Virus record (IMG/VR): IMGVR_UViG_3300040801_005525
Location: 1-64,000 of that record
DNA: 64,000 bases
Reading direction: 5' to 3' (one strand)
DNA from: a virus
Part shown: positions 18,768 to 28,147 of the stretch, piece after piece
Position numbering within the stretch: the stretch's first letter is position 1
How the letters are laid out: each line of letters opens with the position of its first letter
Program-made: the position numbers and the translations under genes
The notes under the pieces: model-generated
Seen by the model: the letters and a program-made list of their open reading frames with translations, nothing else
Told to the model about the DNA's origin: nothing
Databases searched by the model: none

Positions 18768-18791
18768 CCCTCTTTGCCCCCCTCTCACATC

Positions 18792-20423
18792 ATGCATCTT
18801 TACGCCCACATCGCCGCCTGCAAGATCGACGAGACCGACGCCGATCGCGAGGCCAAAGCCCTCCTCGAGAAGATGAAAAAGAACCCCTCCCCACCCCCCT
18901 CTGCACCCGTGATGCACGACGATGACGTGCGCACGATCGACCACACTCCCGATCTTGCCGAGCGCACCGCGCGCCCCAACCAGCCAAAATCCCCTACGCG
19001 CGACATGGCCTTTGCTGACGGGCCACCTCCACGCAACGTGAAGATGCGACTCATCGAGTTTGCACGCTACTTCACGATCACCGAGGGCGCGCTTCGATTT
19101 CGTGGCAAGAACCCTGATTGGCCCGAGTTCCACATCGAGTCGAGCGGGAGGGGAGGCAAGCCTGCGCTCATCTGGTATGGCGATGCGATCATCCCTGACG
19201 AGGGGGATGGCGGCGATGCGCCGGAGCTCGACGACGACCTGGTCGCTGACGAGGGTCTGCTCGAGGACGTGGATGACGGCGCCGACGTGTCGAGCACCGC
19301 GTCAGGGGACGCATCGGAGGTGGCGGACCTGCGCAGGCAGCTCGAGCAGCTCGAAGCCAAGGTCAAGGACTTCGAGAGCGTCAAGACATCGAGGGACGCG
19401 TGGCGCGCACAGTACGAGGAGGCCGATGCACGCGCCGAGCAGCTCGAGGCGCGCGTCACCGCGCTCGAAGGGGAGGTGGCACGAGGTGAGGAGAGGCTCA
19501 CCCAGAGGACAAAACGCCACGAGGACGATGTGCGCGACTTCGGCGCCGAGCGCGACCGATGGAAGAAGGATGCGCTCGCGCTGCAAGAGGACATCGACGC
19601 CTGCCACGACCTGCTCGATGAGGATGAGGATGCGGCGACTTGCAATGAGGCGAGGAGCCCGAAGCTCTCACGTCGCATCACGCTCACGCTTGGGATCTTC
19701 CAGAGCATGAAGCTCGTCAGGGATGGGGAGATCGAGAAGCTGACCCGTGAGAAGACCGAGCACCTCGCGCAGCTCGACGAGGCACGACAGAGTGCAAATA
19801 ACTGGAAGAGCGAGTGCGAACGTGTCAGCGCACACATGCTCGCCTGTCACAAGTTGTTCGCGCGCGAGGGCGAGCCCAAGGATGATCGTTTGCTCGAGGA
19901 GAAGGTGCGCGAACTCCTCACCTCTTATGACCTCGTGAGCGATGCACTCACGCAGGCACGTGACGAGATCAACGCGATCGAGGCGCGCCACACGGAGAGG
20001 TTCGACACGTTGTGCGCGGCATATAGGGAGGCGTGCACACGGCACGAGGAGGCGATGGCCACGCTCCGCCATGAACTCGATGAAGCTGAAGCGCGGTTGC
20101 GGGAGCACCAGGAGACAGAGACGAACGTGCACCAGGTCAAGGAGGCTCACGGGGCAACCGAGGTGTGCGCGAGCGGTGCAGAGGGGAGGGGTGGGGATCT
20201 TCTCTCTTCTCTGATCGAGGTCAACCCGAACGACATGGTGGACTGGACCATTCATCTGGACGCGCGAGTGCATGCAGTCAGACAGTGTGCCCCTGATGAG
20301 CTCGATCCGGGGCAGCTCGTCAAGCTCGTCAATGACCTGGCGCACATGCTCGGCGAGGAGAAGAGTTACAGCATGTGCAAGCTCGCCACGGTGTATGCAC
20401 ACATGATGAGGAAGAGGGTATGA
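18792..20423 (+). CDS. Long coiled-coil protein
   Basis: Heptad-rich acidic central region. Pro-rich and possibly HTH-like N-terminus. Confidence 0.75.
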   Translation: MHLYAHIAACKIDETDADREAKALLEKMKKNPSPPPSAPVMHDDDVRTIDHTPDLAERTARPNQPKSPTRDMAFADGPPPRNVKMRLIEFARYFTITEGALRFRGKNPDWPEFHIESSGRGGKPALIWYGDAIIPDEGDGGDAPELDDDLVADEGLLEDVDDGADVSSTASGDASEVADLRRQLEQLEAKVKDFESVKTSRDAWRAQYEEADARAEQLEARVTALEGEVARGEERLTQRTKRHEDDVRDFGAERDRWKKDALALQEDIDACHDLLDEDEDAATCNEARSPKLSRRITLTLGIFQSMKLVRDGEIEKLTREKTEHLAQLDEARQSANNWKSECERVSAHMLACHKLFAREGEPKDDRLLEEKVRELLTSYDLVSDALTQARDEINAIEARHTERFDTLCAAYREACTRHEEAMATLRHELDEAEARLREHQETETNVHQVKEAHGATEVCASGAEGRGGDLLSSLIEVNPNDMVDWTIHLDARVHAVRQCAPDELDPGQLVKLVNDLAHMLGEEKSYSMCKLATVYAHMMRKRV

Positions 20424-21160
20424 CGACATTCGGCGATGTGAGGAGTGCCATTCAGAACGGGTCGCGTTGCCCGAGCCTCGGGAGGGTGCCCGAGGAAGAC
20501 AGGGCGGCGTGCATCGCTTATGTGGAGCGGGCCGGGGAGAGGGCCGTGGTGGAGTCCTCGGTGTTCATCGGCCAGGTCAGGATGCCGAGCCCCTACGTGG
20601 GGTCAGATGAGGAGGACATCGATGTGCCGTGCACAGACATCAGCAGGATCGGGGAGTGCCACTCATGGCGCGTGCACCGGCTCGGGCTAGAGAGTGTAGC
20701 CTCATCGGAGGAGATGGACACGCGGCTCATGATGAACAGGTGGGTGTGCGACAAGCTGCTCGATCGGCTCGATGGATGGAAGGCCGTCATCGAAGGCGAG
20801 CCTGAATTGTCTGGACTTCGAGAGCGTCTCTTCGTTCTGCCTGAACGCCTGGTCAAGCTTCTTGTCTCCGACATGGATTGGCTCGACCTCGAGTACAGGA
20901 TTCGGGGGCAGTTGCTGGGTCACGCTCAACTCCTTCGCCGTGTCGCATCTGGAAGTGCAGGAGCTCTATTCTGGGACACGCTCGAACTCATGGATGCGAT
21001 GATGGAGAGCGCCATGCACGGAGATCCAGTGAGTTTGGACTTCGAGATGGTGCATCTCTTCGCCAAGACCGAGGAGGCCATCGAAGACCTGAAGCTCGAT
21101 CTGATGCGGTTCATTCTATGGAGCGCTGAACGAAGTGACTTCGTCCTGAGGCCTGCATGA
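20420..21160 (+). CDS. Hypothetical protein with N-terminal FGDVRS motif
   Basis: ATGA overlap, motif family member. Confidence 0.7.
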   Translation: MTTFGDVRSAIQNGSRCPSLGRVPEEDRAACIAYVERAGERAVVESSVFIGQVRMPSPYVGSDEEDIDVPCTDISRIGECHSWRVHRLGLESVASSEEMDTRLMMNRWVCDKLLDRLDGWKAVIEGEPELSGLRERLFVLPERLVKLLVSDMDWLDLEYRIRGQLLGHAQLLRRVASGSAGALFWDTLELMDAMMESAMHGDPVSLDFEMVHLFAKTEEAIEDLKLDLMRFILWSAERSDFVLRPA

Positions 21161-21717
21161 TGTTCAACGAGGTATTCGGAGAGGTACGCGCACTGTGTGC
21201 GGAGAGGGCATGGGCCAAGGCTTATCGCGCCACACAGCACGAGGCGTTCGCACAGCCACAACGCGAGGTGCTCATCTCCTATGTGGACGAGGCTCGCGCA
21301 GGCAAGAGGTTTGACCAGCAGCTCGTCGGGCCAAGGGTGCTTGCCGCTGGAGAGGAGCATGTGTACGAACCTCTCTACGTCCCCGAAGGTCCTGTCGAGT
21401 TGATGGCCCACGTGCGGGTGACGTTCCCACGTTTTGGGAATCGCGCGCACTCATTCCTTCCTGAACGCGCCAGGGTCAAACTCGAGATCCTCGTAGGCGG
21501 CTTGAGGATGGAAGCCTTCGAGGAGGTGGAGCCTCACGCGCACTCTGACGAGCTCGCCGTCATGCTGCTGTGTGAGGGCACACTTCCCACGTTCTCTCAT
21601 CTGGAGCCAAGGTGTACATGCGAGCTGAAGTTTCTCATTGGAGAGAGGTTCATGAACTACAAGGACGCCACGCTCACAGCCGTCACGCTCTCGCTCAATT
21701 CGGGGAGGTTCTTCTGA
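21157..21717 (+). CDS. Hypothetical protein with N-terminal FGEVRA motif
   Basis: ATGA overlap, motif family member. Confidence 0.7.
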   Translation: MMFNEVFGEVRALCAERAWAKAYRATQHEAFAQPQREVLISYVDEARAGKRFDQQLVGPRVLAAGEEHVYEPLYVPEGPVELMAHVRVTFPRFGNRAHSFLPERARVKLEILVGGLRMEAFEEVEPHAHSDELAVMLLCEGTLPTFSHLEPRCTCELKFLIGERFMNYKDATLTAVTLSLNSGRFF

Positions 21718-21732
21718 TGTGAACGAGTGAGG

Positions 21733-21978
21733 CTACTCTTCTTCGTTGCGATCAGCTTGAGTTCTGCTGTCCAGGTCTGCTCGAGCATCTGCTTCTGCCT
21801 CTTCTCTTGTTTCGAAGAAAATTGTATGAAGGCATGGCCCTACCGATCCCCCGTGTGGGTTTTCGTGCAAGGGGTATGAATAATACCAGCGTTCATCATC
21901 GTCCTGGATGATGTGAACCTTGACGGTGTTTCCCTTGGCGTCGAGCATGTCTATTTCGAGCGTCCTACGTGTCCCCAT
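21733..21978 (-). CDS. Hypothetical protein
   Basis: GAGGAG RBS, convergent on the early operon. Confidence 0.65.
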   Translation of the reverse strand: MGTRRTLEIDMLDAKGNTVKVHIIQDDDERWYYSYPLHENPHGGSVGPCLHTIFFETREEAEADARADLDSRTQADRNEEE

Positions 21979-22223
21979 GCTTAAATCTCCTCGAGAGTGT
22001 CACTATGGTCATTTTTGGAGAGGCCACGATCTCAAAAAGCGTGCCATGTGTAAAGCAACTCTGAATTCCGATAACACCTGTTATGTCCACTTTTCCTATT
22101 CACCCCTTTTATTTTGTTTTCTCTTTCTTTTTGAAGGGTTGTGCTCGACTTGAACGGTGATGAAGAGAGGCGCTGAGATGGAGCTCATCCTGAGCCCTTT
22201 TGTTTCATCGTATGACGAGCAGA

Positions 22224-22541
22224 TCATGAATCATCATGCACGTCGTGCATGCCCGTCACATCGGAGAAGAGCTCCGGTCTGATTTCAACACGGAGGAGCT
22301 TCTCTCCAGTCGGGGTCTTTTGATAGATGGTCTTCTCAACCATCATGACACCCGGGACAAAATCCTCGAGCTCGTCACCAAAGGCACTGAACAACTCTGC
22401 TGAACTGTAACTGCGCGTGTGCTTCACGAATGTCGAGTTCGCCTCTTCCTTTGCAGCGTTGGCTTCCCTGAGCCTCTTACGTGCTCGAGGTCGTCTTCTA
22501 TTCTTGTCGCGGTTACGCCTTGTGCCTCGCCGAGCTCCCAT
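22224..22541 (-). CDS. Protein with Arg-rich N-terminus
   Basis: Begins MGARRGTRRNRDKNRRRPRARKR. Confidence 0.6.
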   Translation of the reverse strand: MGARRGTRRNRDKNRRRPRARKRLREANAAKEEANSTFVKHTRSYSSAELFSAFGDELEDFVPGVMMVEKTIYQKTPTGEKLLRVEIRPELFSDVTGMHDVHDDS

Positions 22542-22552
22542 GGGACCCCCTA

Positions 22553-22777
22553 TCAGAACACGAGCATGACTTCGCGCTCATTGCCTTCTTTGTCTCTGAG
22601 AATGACCGTGCTGCCCTGCTGTGTTTGCTCGAGCAACGCATCGTAAAGCACCAGAGAATTGCGGATGACCTGAGTGAGAGACTCGGCCTGAGCGGTCTCT
22701 TTCACCCGCTCGAGCCGATCTCTGACGCTGGTCGAAATACGCAGGTTGAGACGCACAGTCTCTGCGCTTTCTGCCAT
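22553..22777 (-). CDS. Ribbon-helix-helix (CopG-like) DNA-binding protein
   Basis: VRLNLRIS beta strand, then RDRLERVK and SLTQVIRNSL helices. Confidence 0.75.
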   Translation of the reverse strand: MAESAETVRLNLRISTSVRDRLERVKETAQAESLTQVIRNSLVLYDALLEQTQQGSTVILRDKEGNEREVMLVF

Positions 22778-22791
22778 GGTTTTGCCTCTTT

Positions 22792-23052
22792 TCAGGAGCG
22801 CCTGTACCAGAGCATGGCGAGAATGAGGACTCCAAGACCCATGTGATGTGTCCAATCCACGACCCCCTTGCAGACCAGGACGATCATCAGGATGATGAAC
22901 ATCGTGATCGAGATCCAGGGAGAATGTGAGATGTAGAAGCACGCTGTGAGTAGAGGATTTCGTTGTGAGACGACCTCCATCTCAAGGCCTTTTCTGTACG
23001 CTTCACGCTCACCTTTGCTCGGGTCAAAGGGCTCCATATGTGGGGTGCTCAT
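22792..23052 (-). CDS. Small membrane protein
   Basis: GGAG RBS, two hydrophobic segments. Confidence 0.5.
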   Translation of the reverse strand: MSTPHMEPFDPSKGEREAYRKGLEMEVVSQRNPLLTACFYISHSPWISITMFIILMIVLVCKGVVDWTHHMGLGVLILAMLWYRRS

Positions 23053-23605
23053 GCTTGAGTCTCCATGGTCTATGGTGCTCTCCCTTGTCTGGGGAGAGTA
23101 CCCCATGGAAACCAAGACAGAGCACGAGAGTCATCACGAACATCATGATGAACTCTTGTGTCTGCAAGCTGGGTTTCCTTCGAAGGCGCGCCCGTCTGGT
23201 TTCTCTACTTCGATGGTTCAACGTGCATTATGTAGCGTTCTTTTTGCGAACTGAATCAGAAGTTAAGAGAGGTGACAGGGCGCCAGGCTCATCATCGAGC
23301 CACCAATGGAAACAAACTCTCTCTTACACTTTCTCCCCAAAGGGAGTGCTGCCGTCAGGCACATCACCAATTTAGGCGCCAGTTTTCTTCGCGTCAAGCT
23401 GTGTGAAGCAATTTGGCACCTGCTGAACAAATTAGCTCATTGAAGAGACAGAATGAGCAGGCAGGCTATGCACTAGTACGTCCCTTCCATGCCCATGATG
23501 TGACCATGTCTTCAGAAGAGCGAAGAGCCATAATTTAACTTGACCGATGTTCAGTGTTTGGGGTGTCATGTGTCTCCATCTCGAACCCAAGCAAAGGAGC
23601 ACGCC

Positions 23606-23977
23606 ATGAGCCAGGATCCCATCATGCCCCAGATCCATACCCGCAAGAAGAAGAGCACACGCGGTGTCGTCATTACCGAAACCGAGGGGCGCGTGATCGT
23701 GTGTCCCATGCCCATGATGGATGTGAGGCTCGTGCTGCGCGCCAGGTGGGAGGATGAGCCTTACATCAAGGAGCTTGGCACCACGGGCAACGCGTGTTGG
23801 ATGGGGCAGCTGTGGACAACTGGACCGGATGCGCGCGCACTGCGCGATGAATGGGGGGAGGTGCTCGAGTTTGGGGAGGAGACCATGGAGCGCCTGATGC
23901 AGCTCGGCCTCGATCTGTTCGCGGGGCACTACGACGAGGACCTTCAGTACAGAGAAGATGCAACCAAGCCAGAGTGA
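23606..23977 (+). CDS. Hypothetical protein
   Basis: AAGGAG RBS, followed by a terminator. Confidence 0.7.
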   Translation: MSQDPIMPQIHTRKKKSTRGVVITETEGRVIVCPMPMMDVRLVLRARWEDEPYIKELGTTGNACWMGQLWTTGPDARALRDEWGEVLEFGEETMERLMQLGLDLFAGHYDEDLQYREDATKPE

Positions 23978-24021
23978 GTAAGGGCGTGTGCCCTTCTCTA
24001 CTCCCGCCTATTCAGGACCAC

Positions 24022-24057
24022 AAAGAGGCTCCGAGCATGACTGCTCGGGGCCTCTTT
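24022..24057. terminator. Bidirectional intrinsic terminator
   Basis: AAAGAGGCTCCGAGCA-tgac-TGCTCGGGGCCTCTTT between convergent genes. Confidence 0.8.
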
Positions 24058-24401
24058 CATTTTACCTCGTGCCACATCGTCTTGGCCCGGTTCGTGTTGT
24101 TCTCCTTCTCCACGATCTCGAAGCCCCCTTCTACGCTGAACTCTCCGAGCGCCACGCGCTCGCCTTCACTAGGAGCGAGCACGAACACGCGCTCGCTCCT
24201 CTTCTCCCTGTGCACGAGCCGCACGTGCATCACGCTCCAGCCCGTCACACGCTTTGTGCGCCACGCGATGCGCGCACCCTCTCCGTCACGCTCCACGCCC
24301 TCATCGAGCAGCTCCTCGACGCCATCATGGCGCACCTCGAGCTTGAACAGGGGGCTTGTGCCCTCATGCACCTGGATGCTGTGGGGATCTTCGTCTTTCA
24401 T
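24057..24401 (-). CDS. Hypothetical protein
   Basis: ATGA overlap with upstream gene. Confidence 0.65.
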   Translation of the reverse strand: MKDEDPHSIQVHEGTSPLFKLEVRHDGVEELLDEGVERDGEGARIAWRTKRVTGWSVMHVRLVHREKRSERVFVLAPSEGERVALGEFSVEGGFEIVEKENNTNRAKTMWHEVK

Positions 24402-24841
24402 ATCAACTCATCTCGATGCATGTCATACCTGTGAATGGCGCGCACGAGCTCGGGCCACTTGCGCATGCACACGCCCTCGCTCATCTGCTCGAGCACATCA
24501 TAGGCCCAGCCGAAATGGTTTGCATAGACCACGTCGTCTTCGCACTCCTCGAGCAGCTCGAGCTCCTGCACCTCATAGGTGCCACCGAGCTCGCTGTTGA
24601 GGGTGAAGCTCACCCACCAGCCCTCCCCGTCTTGCTTTGGGGTGACGCACTCCATGAGCGTGCACTCGCGCCACGTGCGCACCAGGCGGGCGGTCATCCG
24701 CTCGAAGTTGATGACGCGCACGAGCTGCCCGGGGCCCTTTGGCGCGGTGAGCATGAACGCCCTGAACTCCTCCTGTTGTGCGGCGCGTCGCATGTGTGTG
24801 TCCTCGTCTCCTGTCATGATCTGTCGTGCGCGTGGGTGCAT
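24398..24841 (-). CDS. Hypothetical protein
   Basis: GAGGACACC-ATG leader. Confidence 0.7.
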   Translation of the reverse strand: MHPRARQIMTGDEDTHMRRAAQQEEFRAFMLTAPKGPGQLVRVINFERMTARLVRTWRECTLMECVTPKQDGEGWWVSFTLNSELGGTYEVQELELLEECEDDVVYANHFGWAYDVLEQMSEGVCMRKWPELVRAIHRYDMHRDELI

Positions 24842-24867
24842 GGTGTCCTCTCTTTGTGTGTGGGGTG

Positions 24868-25653
24868 TCAAGATGTGTGCAGGCGCTTGCCTGCGGCTGA
24901 AGCGAGCGTACGGTTCAAGCGCTCGCGCAAGTCCTCGTCGAGTCGAAGGTGGATCGTGCCCTTCTTGAAGGGCTTCAAGGCACACCATCCAAGCTCACGC
25001 CATACCCCGAACTCGAGCCCGAGCTCGTTCAACACGTCATACTCTTCGTGGAGCGTGCCCATCGACGCCACGGCGCCGTGCAGATGCCCGAGCCTTTTTA
25101 AGTCATAGAGCCGGTCCCTGAACTGGTAGCCGATGCGTGGCACATCGGTGTAGCTATACAGCGCGTGCTCGATGATGAGGCGTGGCCCAAAGCTGGGCGC
25201 GTCATTGCTCCTGTAGCCGCGGTGGAGCGCGCGCCACATGTCATACACGCTCTGTGTGAGCACCTCGGGCGCGCTCGCCCTGGCCTCGAAGAGCGTGGCC
25301 ATGAGGTTGTCGTGTGTGAGATCGGGGAAGCGATCAGCATACAGATCGCTCGTGAGCTTGTCGCGCTGCTCGGCGCTCATTAGCTCACCGAGCGTACGTT
25401 CGAGCAGGTGCTGCCACAGCGCGCGATCGATGTGCAACGCCTTGACGATCGCCTCGTCACTCTCCCAGGCGCTCGCCCAACCAAGCCGCTCACCCACGAC
25501 ATGCCCCGCTAACCCAGAGCCTGTGATCGCCTGCATGGCGCCGTTCATCTCGACATAGGCCTCGTGCATGCGCTTTGCGGCCTCGAGCGCGCGTGTGCGT
25601 GCGTCAAGGATGCGCGTCGTCTCGCGCTGCTCCTGTGTGGTCAAGTCATCCAT
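24868..25653 (-). CDS. DUF4942-like protein
   Basis: LWQHLLE..GELMSAEQRD..PDLT..NL.ATL, YRSN..FGPRLII, and FKKGTIHL..DLRERLN resemble DUF4942. Confidence 0.65.
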   Translation of the reverse strand: MDDLTTQEQRETTRILDARTRALEAAKRMHEAYVEMNGAMQAITGSGLAGHVVGERLGWASAWESDEAIVKALHIDRALWQHLLERTLGELMSAEQRDKLTSDLYADRFPDLTHDNLMATLFEARASAPEVLTQSVYDMWRALHRGYRSNDAPSFGPRLIIEHALYSYTDVPRIGYQFRDRLYDLKRLGHLHGAVASMGTLHEEYDVLNELGLEFGVWRELGWCALKPFKKGTIHLRLDEDLRERLNRTLASAAGKRLHTS

Positions 25654-25728
25654 GTCATCCTCGTCGAAGTATGCGGTGCGTGTCTGTGAGTAAGGAAGAG
25701 AGAGAAGAAGATCCCCCCCTCCCCTCTG

Positions 25729-26121
25729 CTAGACCCCTTGTGGAGCGATGTGTCCCATCCATGCGGTGTCGATGCGGTGGAAGCTCGTGCCGTTGAAGCG
25801 GTAGAACTCGCCATCCACGCGGTAGAGGACGCCCTGACACAGCTGCGCCCTGTGCGCATCAGCGAGCTCCCACATCGTCTCGTAGGGGTTCGAGATCTTG
25901 CGGTAGAGCCCGAGCGTGAGGAGTTGCCTTGTGGGGAGCGTGAAGCCCTGGCGTGTGGCCTCTTCGAGGTCGTGCGCGAGCGCCGTGGGGGCGAGCTCCG
26001 AGTCGAGCCACCCGGAGCGGGTGTGGTGGACATGGCCCGTGGCGTCCAGGCAGTCGAGCTGAAAGCCGCGGCCCTGTGAGGCGTGAGAGAGGCAAAGCGT
26101 TCGAGTCGTGAAGGTGTGCAT
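25729..26121 (-). CDS. Hypothetical protein
   Basis: GAGGACATC-ATG leader. Confidence 0.65.
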   Translation of the reverse strand: MHTFTTRTLCLSHASQGRGFQLDCLDATGHVHHTRSGWLDSELAPTALAHDLEEATRQGFTLPTRQLLTLGLYRKISNPYETMWELADAHRAQLCQGVLYRVDGEFYRFNGTSFHRIDTAWMGHIAPQGV

Positions 26122-26195
26122 GATGTCCTCGCAGAGCAGAAGTCAGAGGGAGGGGGGAGAGTGGCGCCCTCCCCCCGTGTAAGAGAGGGAGAGGG

Positions 26196-26561
26196 TCAAT
26201 ATTGGCCGTGGAGCGCCTGCCACGCTTCGGGCTCTTCCTGCTGCCTCCTCTCCTCCTCTTCGACTTCATCCACACGCTTCTGCGTGGTCACGCCCATCCC
26301 CTCACACACTTCACAGTCCACGTCGAAGTCGTAGCCGCGCCAGTCCTGACCGCTCCAACCGCCCTTGCCCTGACAGCAGGGGCAGTCGATGACCCCGAAG
26401 CGCCTGACGATCTCGGCGAGCTGGATGTCACGGAGCGTCTCGCTCCAGAGCTCCTCTGTGGCGCGATAGTAGGCGCCCTCCCAGTCTCCCTGAGCCATGT
26501 CGCTGCGAATCTCACCGATCGTCAGGGCGTCCATCTCTTCTTGTTCTTTGTAGTCTGTCAT
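26196..26561 (-). CDS. Protein with IGEIRS motif and DnaJ-type CxxCxGxG zinc finger
   Basis: CPCCQGKG and CEVCEGMG. AAGGAG RBS. Confidence 0.7.
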   Translation of the reverse strand: MTDYKEQEEMDALTIGEIRSDMAQGDWEGAYYRATEELWSETLRDIQLAEIVRRFGVIDCPCCQGKGGWSGQDWRGYDFDVDCEVCEGMGVTTQKRVDEVEEEERRQQEEPEAWQALHGQY

Positions 26562-26653
26562 GAGGGGCTCCTTTGGAGCAGCGGGCCACGTTTTGTCACT
26601 CCGGGCCACGGGGGGAGGGTGGAGGGCGTCATGTCCTCCTCGCTACACCACCT

Positions 26654-26681
26654 ATTATAGTCACCCCATCGATCACGGCAA
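26654..26681 (-). promoter_or_regulatory. Sigma70-type promoter for the leftward cluster
   Basis: TTGCCG, 16 bp, TATAAT on the minus strand, with an AT-rich tract upstream. Confidence 0.6.
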
Positions 26682-26780
26682 GGTGGTTTTGTAAATATTT
26701 TTTCTTTGATTTTTATTTCTTGTCAATATATTGTAGTCGTGCTCTCTGACCACTCACCTTACTTCAGACCAGGAGACCTC

Positions 26781-27851
26781 ATGAGTTCCCGCATTAAATA
26801 CGACTCCGCACAGGCCGCTTCATGGCTCGAAATGCTTCAGACCACCAAGAAGGGGGCGAGCGACCTCATCGGTGTGAGCAGGCCACGCTTTGACAAGATC
26901 CTCGAGCAGGGAGCGAGCGACACCGAAGCGCTCGCCATGAAGTTTGTCGAACGTGAGCATCTTCAAGCCGCAAGGCTCGCTTCACAGATGTCCCCGATGA
27001 CCGCAGTCAAGCTTGCCTTCGAGAACATCGAATCCATCTATCGTAAGGAGGAAGGCACGACCGATCATGACACGGGGATCGAGCTTGGAGATGAGGGGAG
27101 GCTCGTGTTGCCTTCACCTGGGTTGGTCGTCGTGACAGGACCACCCTCGAGTGGAAAGTCTTCCCTGCTGCGCCAGCTCGTCTCGCAGAAACCCATGGCG
27201 AGCCAACTTGCTTATCTCTGTCTCGAACAACCCATGACCGAAGCCGTCATCAAGCTCATGTGCCAGGTCGCGCGTATCCACTCGAGTCACATCAAGACAG
27301 CGCGCCTCAGCGAGAATGACTGGGCACGACTCATCAAGGCTGCTGGCGATCTCTCCGAGGCAAACGTGAGCATGATCGGTCAAACCTGGGCGCTCGATGA
27401 CATCATCGAGCATGTGCACGCCTTACACGCCACACGCGGACTCGATGCCTTCGTGCTCGACGGCCTTGGTCTCGTCGAAGTGCACGATGCGCGATCACGA
27501 TCCGAGGAGCTCGCACGTGTGGTACGCAAGCTCAAAAAGCTTGCCTATGAGCTTGGCATTCTCGTCGTCACCAGCGCCCATACTCAGAGCCAAACAGCGC
27601 GCCACAAGCGACCATCGCTCGCAGACATCGAGCAAGCTCCCGGTCCTCTTCACTACGCAGACACGATCCTCGCATTGCACCGTGAAGAGCTCTTTGACCC
27701 AAACTCTGAACTCAGGGGGATCGCGGAGCTCCATACGCTCAAGCATCCTGACGGGCAACTCAGGACAACGCCCCTGCGCTTCTTCCCCCAATACGGACGC
27801 TTCGAGCCGCTCAGTGAGAAGGATCGGCAAGATGCATTCTCCTTCCTCTGA
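26781..27851 (+). CDS. HTH fused to a degenerate DnaB-like (SF4) helicase ATPase domain
   Basis: N-terminal TKKGASDLIGVSRPRFDKI. Then GPPSSGKS, CLEQ, LSENDWARL, VLDGL, LKKLAYEL, RPSLAD, ADTILALHR and KHPDG. Confidence 0.85.
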   Translation: MSSRIKYDSAQAASWLEMLQTTKKGASDLIGVSRPRFDKILEQGASDTEALAMKFVEREHLQAARLASQMSPMTAVKLAFENIESIYRKEEGTTDHDTGIELGDEGRLVLPSPGLVVVTGPPSSGKSSLLRQLVSQKPMASQLAYLCLEQPMTEAVIKLMCQVARIHSSHIKTARLSENDWARLIKAAGDLSEANVSMIGQTWALDDIIEHVHALHATRGLDAFVLDGLGLVEVHDARSRSEELARVVRKLKKLAYELGILVVTSAHTQSQTARHKRPSLADIEQAPGPLHYADTILALHREELFDPNSELRGIAELHTLKHPDGQLRTTPLRFFPQYGRFEPLSEKDRQDAFSFL

Positions 27852-28054
27852 GCCGGAGCGTAAATAAATTTACAAACCGATTGAGCGGTAGTGACTTGCA
27901 CCTGGTCGCGTCGAGGACAAAACGTGATGGATTTGGTGGGCGCCCCAAACGTCCCAGCTTTTCTGTGTGGTAAAACGTGGCGGGAAAGTTTCACCCGATG
28001 TGATGGCTATTCTGGATTTTCATTCGGGAGGGATTTCGAGGACTTATCGGCAAA

Positions 28055-28107
28055 GGTGAAATAATTACACCAAATGCATTGACAGGTGAAATGATTGCAC
28101 CTATATT
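28055..28107 (+). promoter_or_regulatory. Sigma70 promoter with two 17-bp quasi-palindromic operators
   Basis: TTGACA (28079-28084), 17 bp, TATATT (28102-28107). GGTGAAATAATTACACC at 28055-28071 and GGTGAAATGATTGCACC at 28085-28101. Confidence 0.85.
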
Positions 28108-28147
28108 GGGTTTCAGAAGGCAATGACGCCTACCACGGAGACTCGCC

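Noticed and set aside
26781-27851. Annotation as the functional replicative helicase dnaB
   Set aside because: The N-terminal domain is replaced, and the arginine finger and DNA-binding loop are altered. Gene symbol withheld.
27919-27979. Three AAACGT repeats as replication iterons downstream of HTH-DnaB
   Set aside because: Only 6-8 bp long with uneven spacing, too weak to call an origin.
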